From the sequence record NC_029091.1: 64,000 nt of DNA. One strand, 5' to 3'. The stretch is from Escherichia phage APCEc01. Position 1 is the first letter of the stretch. Each line of letters starts with the position of its first letter. Of the stretch, positions 18,750 through 27,554 are shown in pieces. The translations under genes and the position numbers were made by a program. The notes under the pieces were generated by a model, which saw only the letters and a program-made list of their open reading frames with translations, ran no database searches and was not told where the DNA came from.

Positions 18750-19005
18750 AGACATCAAAGGCTACAAGCCGCATACCGATGATAAAATCGGTAAAGTGAA
18801 CGCTATTAAAGATGCAGAAGTCCGTCTTGGATTGTTGTTTGATGCTCTGATTGAAGAAGCATATATCTTGAAAGAAAATGAAACAGAGCAACAAACCAAA
18901 GAAGATATGGATGCAGTGCAGGCTCTTAAGTATGCTAAGCAACATCTAAAAGAAGCCAGCATGTGGGCGTGTCGTGCAGTATTTCGACCTGAGGAAAAAT
19001 ACTAA
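18739..19005 (+). CDS. hypothetical protein
   Basis: ATG 18739 (MSIEDIKGYKPH) overlapping upstream stop; 88 aa; track ORF 18571 is an upstream extension. Confidence 0.4.
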   Translation: MSIEDIKGYKPHTDDKIGKVNAIKDAEVRLGLLFDALIEEAYILKENETEQQTKEDMDAVQALKYAKQHLKEASMWACRAVFRPEEKY

Positions 19006-19220
19006 TGGCTTCTACTATTACTGGGTTATTGGACTTTCAAGAAAAGGTCAACAAAATTTGTAGTGAATACTTAAAGTATCTTGAAGAAGACCTTGAAGAT
19101 TGTAAGGAAGAAGGCGAAGAAGACTATGCTGACCAGCGTCGACGCCAAATCGAAGAGATGAGGCATTTCGCCAATATGGTATCTAAAGAATCTTGGGCTT
19201 TAACTCCATTTTATCAATAA
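19005..19220 (+). CDS. hypothetical acidic protein
   Basis: 71 aa. Confidence 0.4.
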   Translation: MASTITGLLDFQEKVNKICSEYLKYLEEDLEDCKEEGEEDYADQRRRQIEEMRHFANMVSKESWALTPFYQ

Positions 19221-19224
19221 AGTA

Positions 19225-19272
19225 GTTTACTTCTCCTCTAGTTGTGTTACTATAGACCTGTCAACTAGAGGA
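19225..19272 (+). promoter_or_regulatory. early promoter (PeSL type)
   Basis: GTTTAC at 19225, TACTAT at 19248, perfect 10-bp inverted repeat CCTCTAGTTG / CAACTAGAGG flanking the -10. Confidence 0.6.
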
Positions 19273-19281
19273 GAAATCAAA

Positions 19282-19740
19282 ATGACTATCAATTCAGACG
19301 TTTTTATCCGCCGTAATAAACTCCGTCGAATCTTTGAAACGGAGTTCCGCAAAATAAATGCCGGTATAAAAGATGCTGCAAAGTCTCTTGGACTACCAGG
19401 CTTTCATATCAAGTATTCTCAACATCTCTTAGATCGTGCCATCCAGAGAGAAATAGATGAGAATTACGTTTTTGAATTATTTCATAAAGTAAAAAATCAT
19501 GTTAAAGAAGTTGCAGAATTTTTATCAATGCCGGCACGTCCAGATGTTGATGAAGATTTTGTCGAAGGTGTCGAATATCGCCCAGGCCGTTTAGAAATAA
19601 CTGATGGAAATCTTTGGTTAGGACTTACAGTTTGTCGCGAAAATCCGGCATTCAAAATGAAGACTCTTCAATGCAGAATGGCTATTATTAACAATAAACG
19701 ACTACCAGGAAAAGCTTCTAAAGCAGTGATTAAAATCTAG
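19282..19740 (+). CDS. regB: RegB site-specific endoribonuclease
   Basis: MTINSDVFIRRNKLRRIFETEFRKIN...LPGKASKAVIKI closely matches remembered T4 RegB; 152 aa. Confidence 0.8.
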   Translation: MTINSDVFIRRNKLRRIFETEFRKINAGIKDAAKSLGLPGFHIKYSQHLLDRAIQREIDENYVFELFHKVKNHVKEVAEFLSMPARPDVDEDFVEGVEYRPGRLEITDGNLWLGLTVCRENPAFKMKTLQCRMAIINNKRLPGKASKAVIKI

Positions 19741-19748
19741 AGGTAAAC

Positions 19749-20291
19749 ATGAGAAAAGCACTACTCGCTGGTCTATTTGCTCTTTCATTATCAGCACATA
19801 GCTCCGAGCATACTTTTAGTAATGTCCAACTCGATAACTTGAATTATGCTTATCAGTTTGGGGAACAGTTTTCTAAGGATGGAAAATTTAAAACGCATGA
19901 AAATATGCATAAGAAAGGACTTGGATACATAATGGCCGCAATACTATGGCAGGAATCATCTGCCGGTATTAATCTTAAAGATAAGAAAGGTCACCATGCG
20001 TATGGAATGTTCCAAAATTATCTACCGACAATGAGGGCAAGAATTAACCAGCTTGGTTATAATATGACTGATGCCCAAATTAAGAAAATGCTATCTAAGC
20101 GGTCTAATTCAGCCAGATGGGCTTATATCGAATTTTCTTATTGGTTAAATATACATAACGGGGATATAAGAAAAGCTATATCCTCATATAATGCGGGATG
20201 GAAGACAAGTGCCGGAAGTAAATATGCTTCTGAAGTCCTAGAAAAGGCTAATTACCTTAAATCAAATAAACTACTGGAAATAAAAGAATGA
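19749..20291 (+). CDS. secreted lytic transglycosylase-like (SLT domain) protein
   Basis: N-terminal signal peptide; ILWQESSAG...GMFQ resembles the SLT catalytic Glu-Ser motif. Confidence 0.5.
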   Translation: MRKALLAGLFALSLSAHSSEHTFSNVQLDNLNYAYQFGEQFSKDGKFKTHENMHKKGLGYIMAAILWQESSAGINLKDKKGHHAYGMFQNYLPTMRARINQLGYNMTDAQIKKMLSKRSNSARWAYIEFSYWLNIHNGDIRKAISSYNAGWKTSAGSKYASEVLEKANYLKSNKLLEIKE

Positions 20292-20635
20292 CCAAAATGT
20301 TGGCTTTAATAGTTGGCTTGGTTTCATTTAACGCTCTTGCTAATACTACATATACTGATGTAACGGAGTATACAAACAGAACGGCGTCTGATTACTGTGG
20401 TAAAAGTCAAGAGTGTAAAGTAGATTTTTCACAAAAATTGTTATATGCGTATAAAGACGGAGAAAAAGACGGGGCGTCTAGTAGGTTCAAGGCGTCTACC
20501 TTAATTAAAAGATACTATAAAAAATGGCAAATATTAGAATGCTCGGTGGCGGAACCTAAAGATAAGGCAGCATGCAATTCTATGGTGGACCGTCTAGTTG
20601 ACTCTTATAATAGAGGACTTGCAGCAAGTGATTAA
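20288..20635 (+). CDS. secreted/periplasmic hypothetical protein
   Basis: 115 aa with N-terminal signal peptide MTKMLALIVGLVSFNALA. Confidence 0.45.
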   Translation: MTKMLALIVGLVSFNALANTTYTDVTEYTNRTASDYCGKSQECKVDFSQKLLYAYKDGEKDGASSRFKASTLIKRYYKKWQILECSVAEPKDKAACNSMVDRLVDSYNRGLAASD

Positions 20636-21095
20636 AAACTATATCAAGGGCGATATTGTCGCCCTGTTTTCTAAAGGTAATAATATTGCTCATGGGTGTA
20701 ATTGTTTTCATACAATGGGCGCGGGTGTGGCAGGACAATTAGCAAAGGCTTATCCAAAAATTCTGGAAGCCGATAAACTTCAAACCGAATTCGGAGACGA
20801 GTCTAAACTCGGGACTTATTCGGTTTATGAAAAATATTTTAAGACCCATAAAGCTTATTGCTTTAATCTTTATACACAGTTTGAGCCGGGACCTAATTTT
20901 GAGTACTCTGCTTTAATGAATTGTATAATAGAATTAAATGAATTCGGAAAGAATAAGATAATAAAGCCTGTAATTTATATGCCAAGAATTGGTGCAGGTA
21001 TTGGTGGTGGAAACTGGGATGTCATCGAAGAGATTTTAGATACGTATTCTACTAAACTAGAAATTGTGATTGTTGATTGGGAACCGTTATTATGA
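20598..21095 (+). CDS. macro domain (ADP-ribose binding/processing) protein; start uncertain
   Basis: HGCNCFHTMGAGVAGQL and PRIGAGIGGGNWDVI match macro-domain glycine-rich motifs; no ATG near 5' end (TTG 20598 or GTG 20628). Confidence 0.55.
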   Translation: MTLIIEDLQQVIKNYIKGDIVALFSKGNNIAHGCNCFHTMGAGVAGQLAKAYPKILEADKLQTEFGDESKLGTYSVYEKYFKTHKAYCFNLYTQFEPGPNFEYSALMNCIIELNEFGKNKIIKPVIYMPRIGAGIGGGNWDVIEEILDTYSTKLEIVIVDWEPLL

Positions 21096-21304
21096 ATATA
21101 CATTATCCACATCCATATGACCCAAAGAATAAGGCAGTAATTATTCGTCAATGGGAACGCATTTGTCGTACCAAATGTCCAATTAATAGTCCACATGATG
21201 TAGATAAAGACTACATCGGAACATTCGTTGAATATACCTTTATTGATAAGAAAGGCCGTAAACAACATGTAGAAGAATATTGCTTAAAGGTGACATGGCT
21301 ATGA
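21092..21304 (+). CDS. hypothetical protein
   Basis: ATG 21092 overlapping macro-domain gene stop; 70 aa. Confidence 0.4.
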   Translation: MNIHYPHPYDPKNKAVIIRQWERICRTKCPINSPHDVDKDYIGTFVEYTFIDKKGRKQHVEEYCLKVTWL

Positions 21305-21507
21305 GTCAAACAAAAATTCTTACAGGTGCTAAATGCGAAAAATGCGAATGGCCTGTAGTTTTTGCTTTATGCAATGACGAAATGGCTTGTGATTTTGATT
21401 ATTGGTGTTACTGTTCGAACAAAGGTTGTAGCAATCATAAAGGTGAAGGGTTTTACTCAGGATTTTACCCTTACCCAGATTTCGTTAAAGAAGGTGAACC
21501 TAAATGA
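21295..21507 (+). CDS. Cys-rich small protein (possible zinc-binding)
   Basis: 70 aa with CEKCEW...CDFDYWCYCSNKGC; ATG 21295 after AAGG. Confidence 0.4.
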   Translation: MAMSQTKILTGAKCEKCEWPVVFALCNDEMACDFDYWCYCSNKGCSNHKGEGFYSGFYPYPDFVKEGEPK

Positions 21508-21686
21508 AATTGACTAAAGAAGAGAAAACTAAACTGTTCGAACTTATCCATGACCTATTGGATGAGCAAGCAGCCACCAATGCGTACGATGAATATGCTC
21601 CTTTGACGGACGAAGAATATCAAGCATTGTTGGAATCATTTGACAGGAAAGAACAAGAACTCATTGACTATGTGAATTCACTATAA
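21504..21686 (+). CDS. hypothetical acidic protein
   Basis: 60 aa; ATGA overlap. Confidence 0.4.
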   Translation: MKLTKEEKTKLFELIHDLLDEQAATNAYDEYAPLTDEEYQALLESFDRKEQELIDYVNSL

Positions 21687-21695
21687 GGGACTCTT

Positions 21696-22277
21696 ATGGC
21701 TAGTTTAATTTTTACCTATGCCGCTATGAACGCTGGTAAGTCTGCTTCATTACTTACTGCTGCACATAACTATAAAGAACGTGGCATGGGTGTATTAGTT
21801 CTTAAACCGGCTATTGATACTCGCGATTCAAAAGGTGAAATAGTCTCTCGTATTGGTATTCGTCAGGATGCCAATATAATTACAAAAGACATGGATATCT
21901 TTGAATTTTATAAATGGGCTGCAGCACAAAAGGATATTCATTGTGTATTTGTTGACGAAGCTCAGTTCTTAACTACTGAAAAGGTGTATCAACTTAGTCG
22001 TATTGTTGACGTGTACAATGTGCCGGTAATGGCATATGGACTACGAACAGATTTTAAAGGTAATCTATTTGAAGGTTCTCAAGCATTAATGGCTATTGCC
22101 GATAAGCTTGTTGAACTTAAAGGTGTCTGTCATTGTGGTAAAAAGGCCACAATGGTAGCTAGAGTCACGGAAGACGGACTTCCAATTACAGATGGCAGTC
22201 AAATTGAAATTGGTGATACCGATAGATATGTGTCATTATGCCGGAAGCATTGGAATGATTTGACAGGGTTGTTATAA
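21696..22277 (+). CDS. tk: thymidine kinase
   Basis: 193 aa; MASLIFTYAAMNAGKSASLL...CHCGKKATM...; matches T4 Tk length and sequence pattern. Confidence 0.88.
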   Translation: MASLIFTYAAMNAGKSASLLTAAHNYKERGMGVLVLKPAIDTRDSKGEIVSRIGIRQDANIITKDMDIFEFYKWAAAQKDIHCVFVDEAQFLTTEKVYQLSRIVDVYNVPVMAYGLRTDFKGNLFEGSQALMAIADKLVELKGVCHCGKKATMVARVTEDGLPITDGSQIEIGDTDRYVSLCRKHWNDLTGLL

Positions 22278-22280
22278 ATA
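22273..22280 (+). promoter_or_regulatory. late promoter TATAAATA
   Basis: Exact TATAAATA upstream of the 22305 ORF and rI. Confidence 0.5.
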
Positions 22281-22304
22281 CTAATATCTAACCAAGAGGT
22301 ATAT

Positions 22305-22517
22305 ATGCAGCAATTAAACGAAAGACAACTTCGTAATCTTACTGTAACCCAATTAGATGAAATCCGAAGAGAATTAGGACATTCTATTTCTCATTTAAAC
22401 GAGGATATCCGTCAAACTGGTTCTAAAGCTGATTATACACGCAAGCGCAAGCTGGAAAAATACCTCACAGATGTTAAGGCCGTCCAAAGGCGAAAAATAA
22501 ATACTGGCCAAAATTAA
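22305..22517 (+). CDS. hypothetical protein
   Basis: 70 aa; AAGAGG RBS. Confidence 0.45.
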   Translation: MQQLNERQLRNLTVTQLDEIRRELGHSISHLNEDIRQTGSKADYTRKRKLEKYLTDVKAVQRRKINTGQN

Positions 22518-22529
22518 CAGGAGGCCTAT

Positions 22530-22832
22530 ATGGCCTTAAGAGCGATAGCTGTCATAGCGATGCTGGGGTTTTTTGCAGCAACAACTCCTATCGTTGGTAC
22601 TGCACATATCGACCCATATTTTGATAACTTTATGGAATCAGGGATTAAAAACGTATATACTTTGTTTGAAATTCAAAATGTCGAGAATTCTGAAAAATTC
22701 TATAAGTATATGGCAAAGCATTACAAAAATAGCCCCTGTGATGATGCATTTGAATGTCATGAACAAGGCATAAAAACTGCCAGACAATTTGCCGAGTTCA
22801 TGAAAATAAAATTAGAGCCTACATCTATCTAA
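22530..22832 (+). CDS. rI: lysis inhibition regulator rI (periplasmic antiholin-binding protein)
   Basis: Signal peptide then DPYFDNFMESGIKNVYTLFE...SPCDDAFEC, matching remembered T4 RI; 100 aa. Confidence 0.7.
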   Translation: MALRAIAVIAMLGFFAATTPIVGTAHIDPYFDNFMESGIKNVYTLFEIQNVENSEKFYKYMAKHYKNSPCDDAFECHEQGIKTARQFAEFMKIKLEPTSI

Positions 22833-22838
22833 TTTACT

Positions 22839-22868
22839 AGCCCCTTCCGAAAGGTTGGGGCTTTTTGG
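22839..22868 (+). terminator. rho-independent terminator
   Basis: AGCCCCTTCCGAAAGGTTGGGGCTTTTTGG, near-identical to the 6601 terminator. Confidence 0.7.
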
Positions 22869-22877
22869 CATCTATCA

Positions 22878-22930
22878 GTTTACTTCTCCTCAGGTTGTGT
22901 TATAGTAAACCTTACTTACTAGAGGAGAAC
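22878..22930 (+). promoter_or_regulatory. early promoter (PeSL type)
   Basis: GTTTAC at 22878, TATAGT at 22901, inverted repeat TCTCCTC / GAGGAGA. Confidence 0.55.
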
Positions 22931-22933
22931 GTT

Positions 22934-23113
22934 ATGTCACGTAAAGAAAAAATTTCTAAGTTAATGTTTTTGATTGAAGAGTACGCTAATGCGGTATCTG
23001 ATTGGGAAAATGCTCATGGTTGCGAAGATGGAGACATCGACATTAACAGAGCTATGAAAAAGATGGCTGAAGCCCACACCGAATTGCAAATGTATGTTAA
23101 CGAGATTATGTGA
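22934..23113 (+). CDS. hypothetical small protein
   Basis: ATG 22934 after AGAGGAGAA; 59 aa. Confidence 0.4.
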   Translation: MSRKEKISKLMFLIEEYANAVSDWENAHGCEDGDIDINRAMKKMAEAHTELQMYVNEIM

Positions 23114-23120
23114 GGATATT

Positions 23121-23327
23121 ATGCTTTACGATTATACTGGAAAATCTGAAGACGGTGTACTTGAACTTTTACCTGAAAGCGCTGAAGATGATGATACGGT
23201 GGTGATGTTTTGTAAAAATGGCCCTGGGGATAAGGGATGGATTTATCTTCGTCAAGAAAATGACTTAATTGTTTTGGGCCCAAAACAAGTTGAAGAACTT
23301 TATCAACATTTAAAACACAATCGGTAG
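23121..23327 (+). CDS. hypothetical protein
   Basis: ATG 23121; 68 aa. Confidence 0.4.
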   Translation: MLYDYTGKSEDGVLELLPESAEDDDTVVMFCKNGPGDKGWIYLRQENDLIVLGPKQVEELYQHLKHNR

Positions 23328-23370
23328 TTTACATCTTGGTAGGACTATGTTATAGTAGTCCTATCAAAAC
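23327..23370 (+). promoter_or_regulatory. early promoter (PeSL type)
   Basis: GTTTAC at 23327, TATAGT at 23351, inverted repeat TAGGACTA / TAGTCCTA, CTATCAAAACAAACGGAG box. Confidence 0.6.
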
Positions 23371-23491
23371 AAACGGAGAACAAAATGAAACTTTTGCTTA
23401 TCGCTTATGTTGTAGTACAATACAATTATCCGATGTTTACTTATAACATGGTAAACGGCATAGTGAATCTTATTGAAACGAGTATGGTAAA

Positions 23492-23671
23492 ATGACCCGT
23501 GAACAAGCTAATAAATTGATGGAACTTATCCGTAACTTACGTGAAGCCGATTCAGATTTGAATGATGTAGCTTATCATGCAGTAAATGATAACGAAGACT
23601 TTTATGAAAATCAGGTTGATGCTTGTCTGAATGATTTGGTGAATTTTGTTGAAACTTTAATTGGTGAATAA
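23492..23671 (+). CDS. hypothetical small acidic protein (59 aa, below track threshold)
   Basis: ATG 23492 to TAA 23669-23671; a 36-codon ORF (23385..23495) precedes it. Confidence 0.35.
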   Translation: MTREQANKLMELIRNLREADSDLNDVAYHAVNDNEDFYENQVDACLNDLVNFVETLIGE

Positions 23672-23672
23672 T

Positions 23673-24203
23673 ATGAAAACTGTAATTGAAACAACCGAGT
23701 TGTTTGGCGATTTATGTATCGAAAAACGTGGTTATGCTTACGTTCTGACACAAGAAGATGATGCTGTTACTATTCTTCCTATGGAACTGGACAAGATTTT
23801 GAAACTCAATCCGCCCGGCCATGCATCTGTAATTAACATTGATGAAGACCTTCAAGTTCGTTTTTATCACGGTCTTTATAGTGGGGTTAATATCGAAACA
23901 GAAGATGAATGCCTTTCTATCAATAATTGGAAAACATTCGTCACTAAGGTGAAAGAATTCATAGAATCTGAAACTGCCAAAAAGGCCAAACTTCAATGGG
24001 CTAAATGCCGTAATGCTTTTATTACAAATCAGGACCGCCCTGACTATACAACAGTCCTAGGCGTTAATCCTTCTTATGAAGACGGTGATGTCGTAGTTAT
24101 TCGCCAAATTGATGACCTTCGTCAACATATCATTACATTAGACAAAGATGAAGCAGTTGCTCTTAAAGCTTATCTTGATTCTATTATCCCAACCTTGAAA
24201 TAA
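23673..24203 (+). CDS. hypothetical protein
   Basis: ATG 23673; 176 aa. Confidence 0.5.
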   Translation: MKTVIETTELFGDLCIEKRGYAYVLTQEDDAVTILPMELDKILKLNPPGHASVINIDEDLQVRFYHGLYSGVNIETEDECLSINNWKTFVTKVKEFIESETAKKAKLQWAKCRNAFITNQDRPDYTTVLGVNPSYEDGDVVVIRQIDDLRQHIITLDKDEAVALKAYLDSIIPTLK

Positions 24204-24213
24204 GGAAATTATT

Positions 24214-24687
24214 ATGATTATCAATGAAAACTCTTGGCACTTTAAAATTTATGCCGCGTTCAATAGTACATGGAATCGTCCGAAAACGTTGTGTGCTTAT
24301 TTTTGGAAAACGCTAATCCCGGTATTGGCTGCTTCAATTATTGGATTTGCGATTTTAGCAGCAGTCACAATCATTGGCCAGGAAATTTTAACTAAATTCT
24401 TTGTTTTTAGCAGTCTATGGACATTAGTTCCAGCCTCAATTGGTGTAGGCATTTTGATTGTAGCAGTCATGGCTTTTATTGCTACCGGGTTGGTAATTGG
24501 TCCGTCTTGGTTGTTAGACAAATATAACGACAGAAAATATTATAAAGAAATTGAGCTCATTGCGCAAAACCAAGAACGAATTAAAAATGGACTTGAGCCT
24601 ATTGAACGTAAGAAATCATTAATAGGCGAATACCTTAAAGCTCGTAAAGAAAAAGTCTGTCCTACTCTTGAATATAAGGCTAAATGA
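24214..24687 (+). CDS. membrane protein
   Basis: 157 aa with three hydrophobic helices. Confidence 0.5.
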   Translation: MIINENSWHFKIYAAFNSTWNRPKTLCAYFWKTLIPVLAASIIGFAILAAVTIIGQEILTKFFVFSSLWTLVPASIGVGILIVAVMAFIATGLVIGPSWLLDKYNDRKYYKEIELIAQNQERIKNGLEPIERKKSLIGEYLKARKEKVCPTLEYKAK

Positions 24688-25673
24688 TGAAAACAATTAT
24701 GAAAGGCTACTTTGGTAGCCACCTTTATGGAACGTCTACTCCTGAATCTGACGTCGATTTTAAAGAAATTTATGTCCCTCATGCTCGTGATATCTTGACC
24801 GGTAACGTTAAAGAACACATGAGCAAGAACACGAATAACACATCTTCTAAGAACACAAAAGACGACGTGGACCATGAGTTATATAGTCTCAAATATTTCT
24901 TTAAACTAGCTGCGGATGGTGAAACCGTCGCATTAGATATGCTTCACACTCCACAAAGTCTAGTAGTTAAATCTGATTTGCCTGATGTATGGAAGTATAT
25001 TCAAGATAACAGGTCTCGTTTCTATACCACTAACATGAAATCTTATTTAGGGTATGTCCGTAAGCAAGCTTCTAAATACGGTGTCAAGGGTTCTCGACTG
25101 GCCGTTCTTCGTCAAGCCCTTAAACGTTCTAATGAATGGGGACAATACTTTGATAATGGTGCAGTAATTCGTTTATCACATATGAAGAATGTTCTGCCCG
25201 TAGGTGAATTTGCTTCGTGGGTTGAAACCGAAAACAAGAAAACAGGTAAGCAAACATTCTATAATCTGTTAGACCGTAAATTCCAAGATACGTTAACCAA
25301 TAAAGAGTTCAATGCCATCCTGGTTAAACTTGAAGAGAACTATGGCGAACGTGCTCGTAAGGCAGAAGCCAACGAAGGTATTGACTGGAAAGCATTGAGT
25401 CATGCATGTCGTGGTGGACTTCAATTATTGGAAATTTACAAAACCGGCGACCTGGTTTACCCACTTCAGGATGCTCCATTTATTCTCGATGTTAAGCTTG
25501 GTAAACATACGTTTAAAACTGTACAAGAATTCCTAGAAGATATCGTTGACCAAGTTGAACATGCGTCAGAACAAGCCGCTAAGAACGGTATGCAACAAAA
25601 AGTAGATATGAGTTTCTGGGATGATTTCCTTGAGCAAGTCTATCTCGAAAATCATAATTCTTACTATAAATAA
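24684..25673 (+). CDS. Pol-beta superfamily nucleotidyltransferase-like protein
   Basis: N-terminal GSHLYGTSTPESDVDF fits the NTase motif G[SG]x(9-13)Dh[DE]; 329 aa; function unknown. Confidence 0.5.
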   Translation: MMKTIMKGYFGSHLYGTSTPESDVDFKEIYVPHARDILTGNVKEHMSKNTNNTSSKNTKDDVDHELYSLKYFFKLAADGETVALDMLHTPQSLVVKSDLPDVWKYIQDNRSRFYTTNMKSYLGYVRKQASKYGVKGSRLAVLRQALKRSNEWGQYFDNGAVIRLSHMKNVLPVGEFASWVETENKKTGKQTFYNLLDRKFQDTLTNKEFNAILVKLEENYGERARKAEANEGIDWKALSHACRGGLQLLEIYKTGDLVYPLQDAPFILDVKLGKHTFKTVQEFLEDIVDQVEHASEQAAKNGMQQKVDMSFWDDFLEQVYLENHNSYYK

Positions 25674-25704
25674 ATAGATAAATAACCATTAACTTGAGGT
25701 AAAT

Positions 25705-25971
25705 ATGAAAAAATTAGTAATTGGTTTATTCGCGGTAATGATGGCATTCTCTGTTGGTGCTACCACGGGCGCAGGAGCTGATGGTAACCAGTCTTCTGCG
25801 CCTTCTAACGGTTCGGTAAATGCATCACATTCTCAGGGTATTGAGAACATTAAATCAAGCTATATTAATAGCACGGCCGGACAAGCAACTGAAGCATGGT
25901 CAAAGGGTCGAGTAGTTACTCGCTCTGTATTCTGTGATATGCCTAATTATGTTGCTAAGTGTGATAAGTAA
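25705..25971 (+). CDS. small secreted protein
   Basis: 88 aa with signal peptide MKKLVIGLFAVMMAFSVGA and two C-terminal Cys. Confidence 0.45.
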   Translation: MKKLVIGLFAVMMAFSVGATTGAGADGNQSSAPSNGSVNASHSQGIENIKSSYINSTAGQATEAWSKGRVVTRSVFCDMPNYVAKCDK

Positions 25972-25976
25972 ATGTG

Positions 25977-25995
25977 GGGACCTTCGGGTCCCTTT
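25977..25995 (+). terminator. candidate terminator hairpin
   Basis: GGGACC-TTCG-GGTCCC hairpin followed by TTT. Confidence 0.45.
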
Positions 25996-26013
25996 AGGGG
26001 GTTAAAATATTTT

Positions 26014-26050
26014 TAAAAAGTAGTGTACATGCTTTTAGGATATGATACTA
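26014..26050 (+). promoter_or_regulatory. early promoter (PeSL type)
   Basis: TGTACA -35-like, TACTAT at 26036, TAGACCTATCGAAACGAAATGAG box. Confidence 0.5.
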
Positions 26051-26089
26051 TAGACCTATCGAAACGAAATGAGTAAATTGGAGAATAAA

Positions 26090-27070
26090 ATGTTCAACGT
26101 TCAAATCAAAAAAGGTATCTATCGTAATAACGAAATCTCTGGTTCTTATGTTGCCACAAAGACCTGGTTCCCGGCAAAGCTTAATCCTGAATGTTCCCAC
26201 TTAGGTGATGGTAAAATTTTCGTTATTATTGATGGTTCTGAACGTGGAGTATGGGTCTTCAAATCAGACATCGTAATGGAAGGAGTTGAGACATCACCAG
26301 TTGCAGTTGTTGAAAGCACTGAAGATATGAAAACCCGTATCAACAAACGCTTTAAAGTAATGAACATGATGACGAATGGTATTATCGATGGCAAAATTCG
26401 TTCACTCATTATTTCAGGTGCAGCTGGTATTGGTAAGACGTATTCTCTGGATAAAGCACTTAATAATGCTAATGATAATGGTTTCATCAAATACAAAAGC
26501 ATTAATGGTAAAATCTCTGGTATTGGCCTTTACGAACAACTTTGGCTCAACCGTGATGCAGACAGCGTTCTCTTAATCGATGACGTTGACGTATTCTCAG
26601 ATATGGACATCCTGAACCTTCTTAAAGCAGCATTAGATACCGGAGATAAACGCAAAGTTTGTTGGAGCACTGCGTCATCTTATCTCGAGGATAAGGGTAT
26701 TGATAAAGAATTTGAGTTTGAAGGTACTATCGTTTTCATTACAAACGTTGATATCGATAAAGAGTTAGAACGGGGTTCGAAACTTGCTCCACATCTTCAA
26801 GCTTTAGTATCTCGTTCAGTGTATCTCGACCTTGGAGTACACTCTAATGAAGAGATTATGGTTCGAGTTGAAGATGTAATATTATCTACTGACATGATGC
26901 AGAAACGTGGTCTGACGGATGCAGAAACGTATAAAGCATTGTCCTGGATGAAGGCTAACGTATCTCGTCTTCGCAATGTATCATTACGTACGGCTCTTTA
27001 TGTAGCAGATTTTATTTCAACTGATAAAGATGGTTGGGAGGAAATCTCTGAAGTAACTTTACTGAAATAA
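26090..27070 (+). CDS. AAA+ family ATPase, function unknown
   Basis: ATG 26090 after GGAG; Walker A ISGAAGIGKT, Walker B VLLIDDVD; 326 aa. Confidence 0.55.
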   Translation: MFNVQIKKGIYRNNEISGSYVATKTWFPAKLNPECSHLGDGKIFVIIDGSERGVWVFKSDIVMEGVETSPVAVVESTEDMKTRINKRFKVMNMMTNGIIDGKIRSLIISGAAGIGKTYSLDKALNNANDNGFIKYKSINGKISGIGLYEQLWLNRDADSVLLIDDVDVFSDMDILNLLKAALDTGDKRKVCWSTASSYLEDKGIDKEFEFEGTIVFITNVDIDKELERGSKLAPHLQALVSRSVYLDLGVHSNEEIMVRVEDVILSTDMMQKRGLTDAETYKALSWMKANVSRLRNVSLRTALYVADFISTDKDGWEEISEVTLLK

Positions 27071-27208
27071 GCTTATAGGAAGTTCTGAGGTAACAAAAGC
27101 CATAAAGATGAATAATCATATGGCTTACCTCAAAGAAGGACACCAGGAACCTACTGAGGGCATAGAAATATTTAAAAATAATGATGTACAAATCAAAGAG
27201 GATATGTT

Positions 27209-27496
27209 ATGGATTTTATGCAAAAAATTAAAGCCGCAGTCGAACTCTATGCTCATCGTATGGTTAGTTCTACAATGCAATATAGCGAGGAGGTTCGCCA
27301 GGACTCTTCCTTGAAAGGAAAAACTAAAGCCTTAATTACCTTAGATCGTTTGCAAAAGAATGCCATAGAGATGCTCCAGTACGACAAGGGTGTATATAAG
27401 AAAGAACAGGAAGAGAAACTTAAATCTGAAAAATTACAAAAAATCCCGAAGTCTGTTTGGTTCAGTGGAAAAAATACCGAAAAAAGTTTCTTTTAG
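27209..27496 (+). CDS. hypothetical protein
   Basis: 95 aa; AGAGGA RBS; overlapping track ORF 27108..27314 judged less likely. Confidence 0.45.
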   Translation: MDFMQKIKAAVELYAHRMVSSTMQYSEEVRQDSSLKGKTKALITLDRLQKNAIEMLQYDKGVYKKEQEEKLKSEKLQKIPKSVWFSGKNTEKSFF

Positions 27497-27498
27497 TT

Positions 27499-27540
27499 GT
27501 TTACAAGGTCTATGGTTATGTTATTATAGACCTATCAACT
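27499..27540 (+). promoter_or_regulatory. early promoter (PeSL type)
   Basis: GTTTAC at 27499, TATTAT at 27522, inverted repeat AGGTCTAT / ATAGACCT. Confidence 0.55.
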
Positions 27541-27554
27541 ACTGGAGGTAAAAC

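Noticed and set aside
27108-27314. 68-aa plus-strand ORF
   Set aside because: Overlaps the better-supported ORF 27209..27496 in another frame; weak start context.
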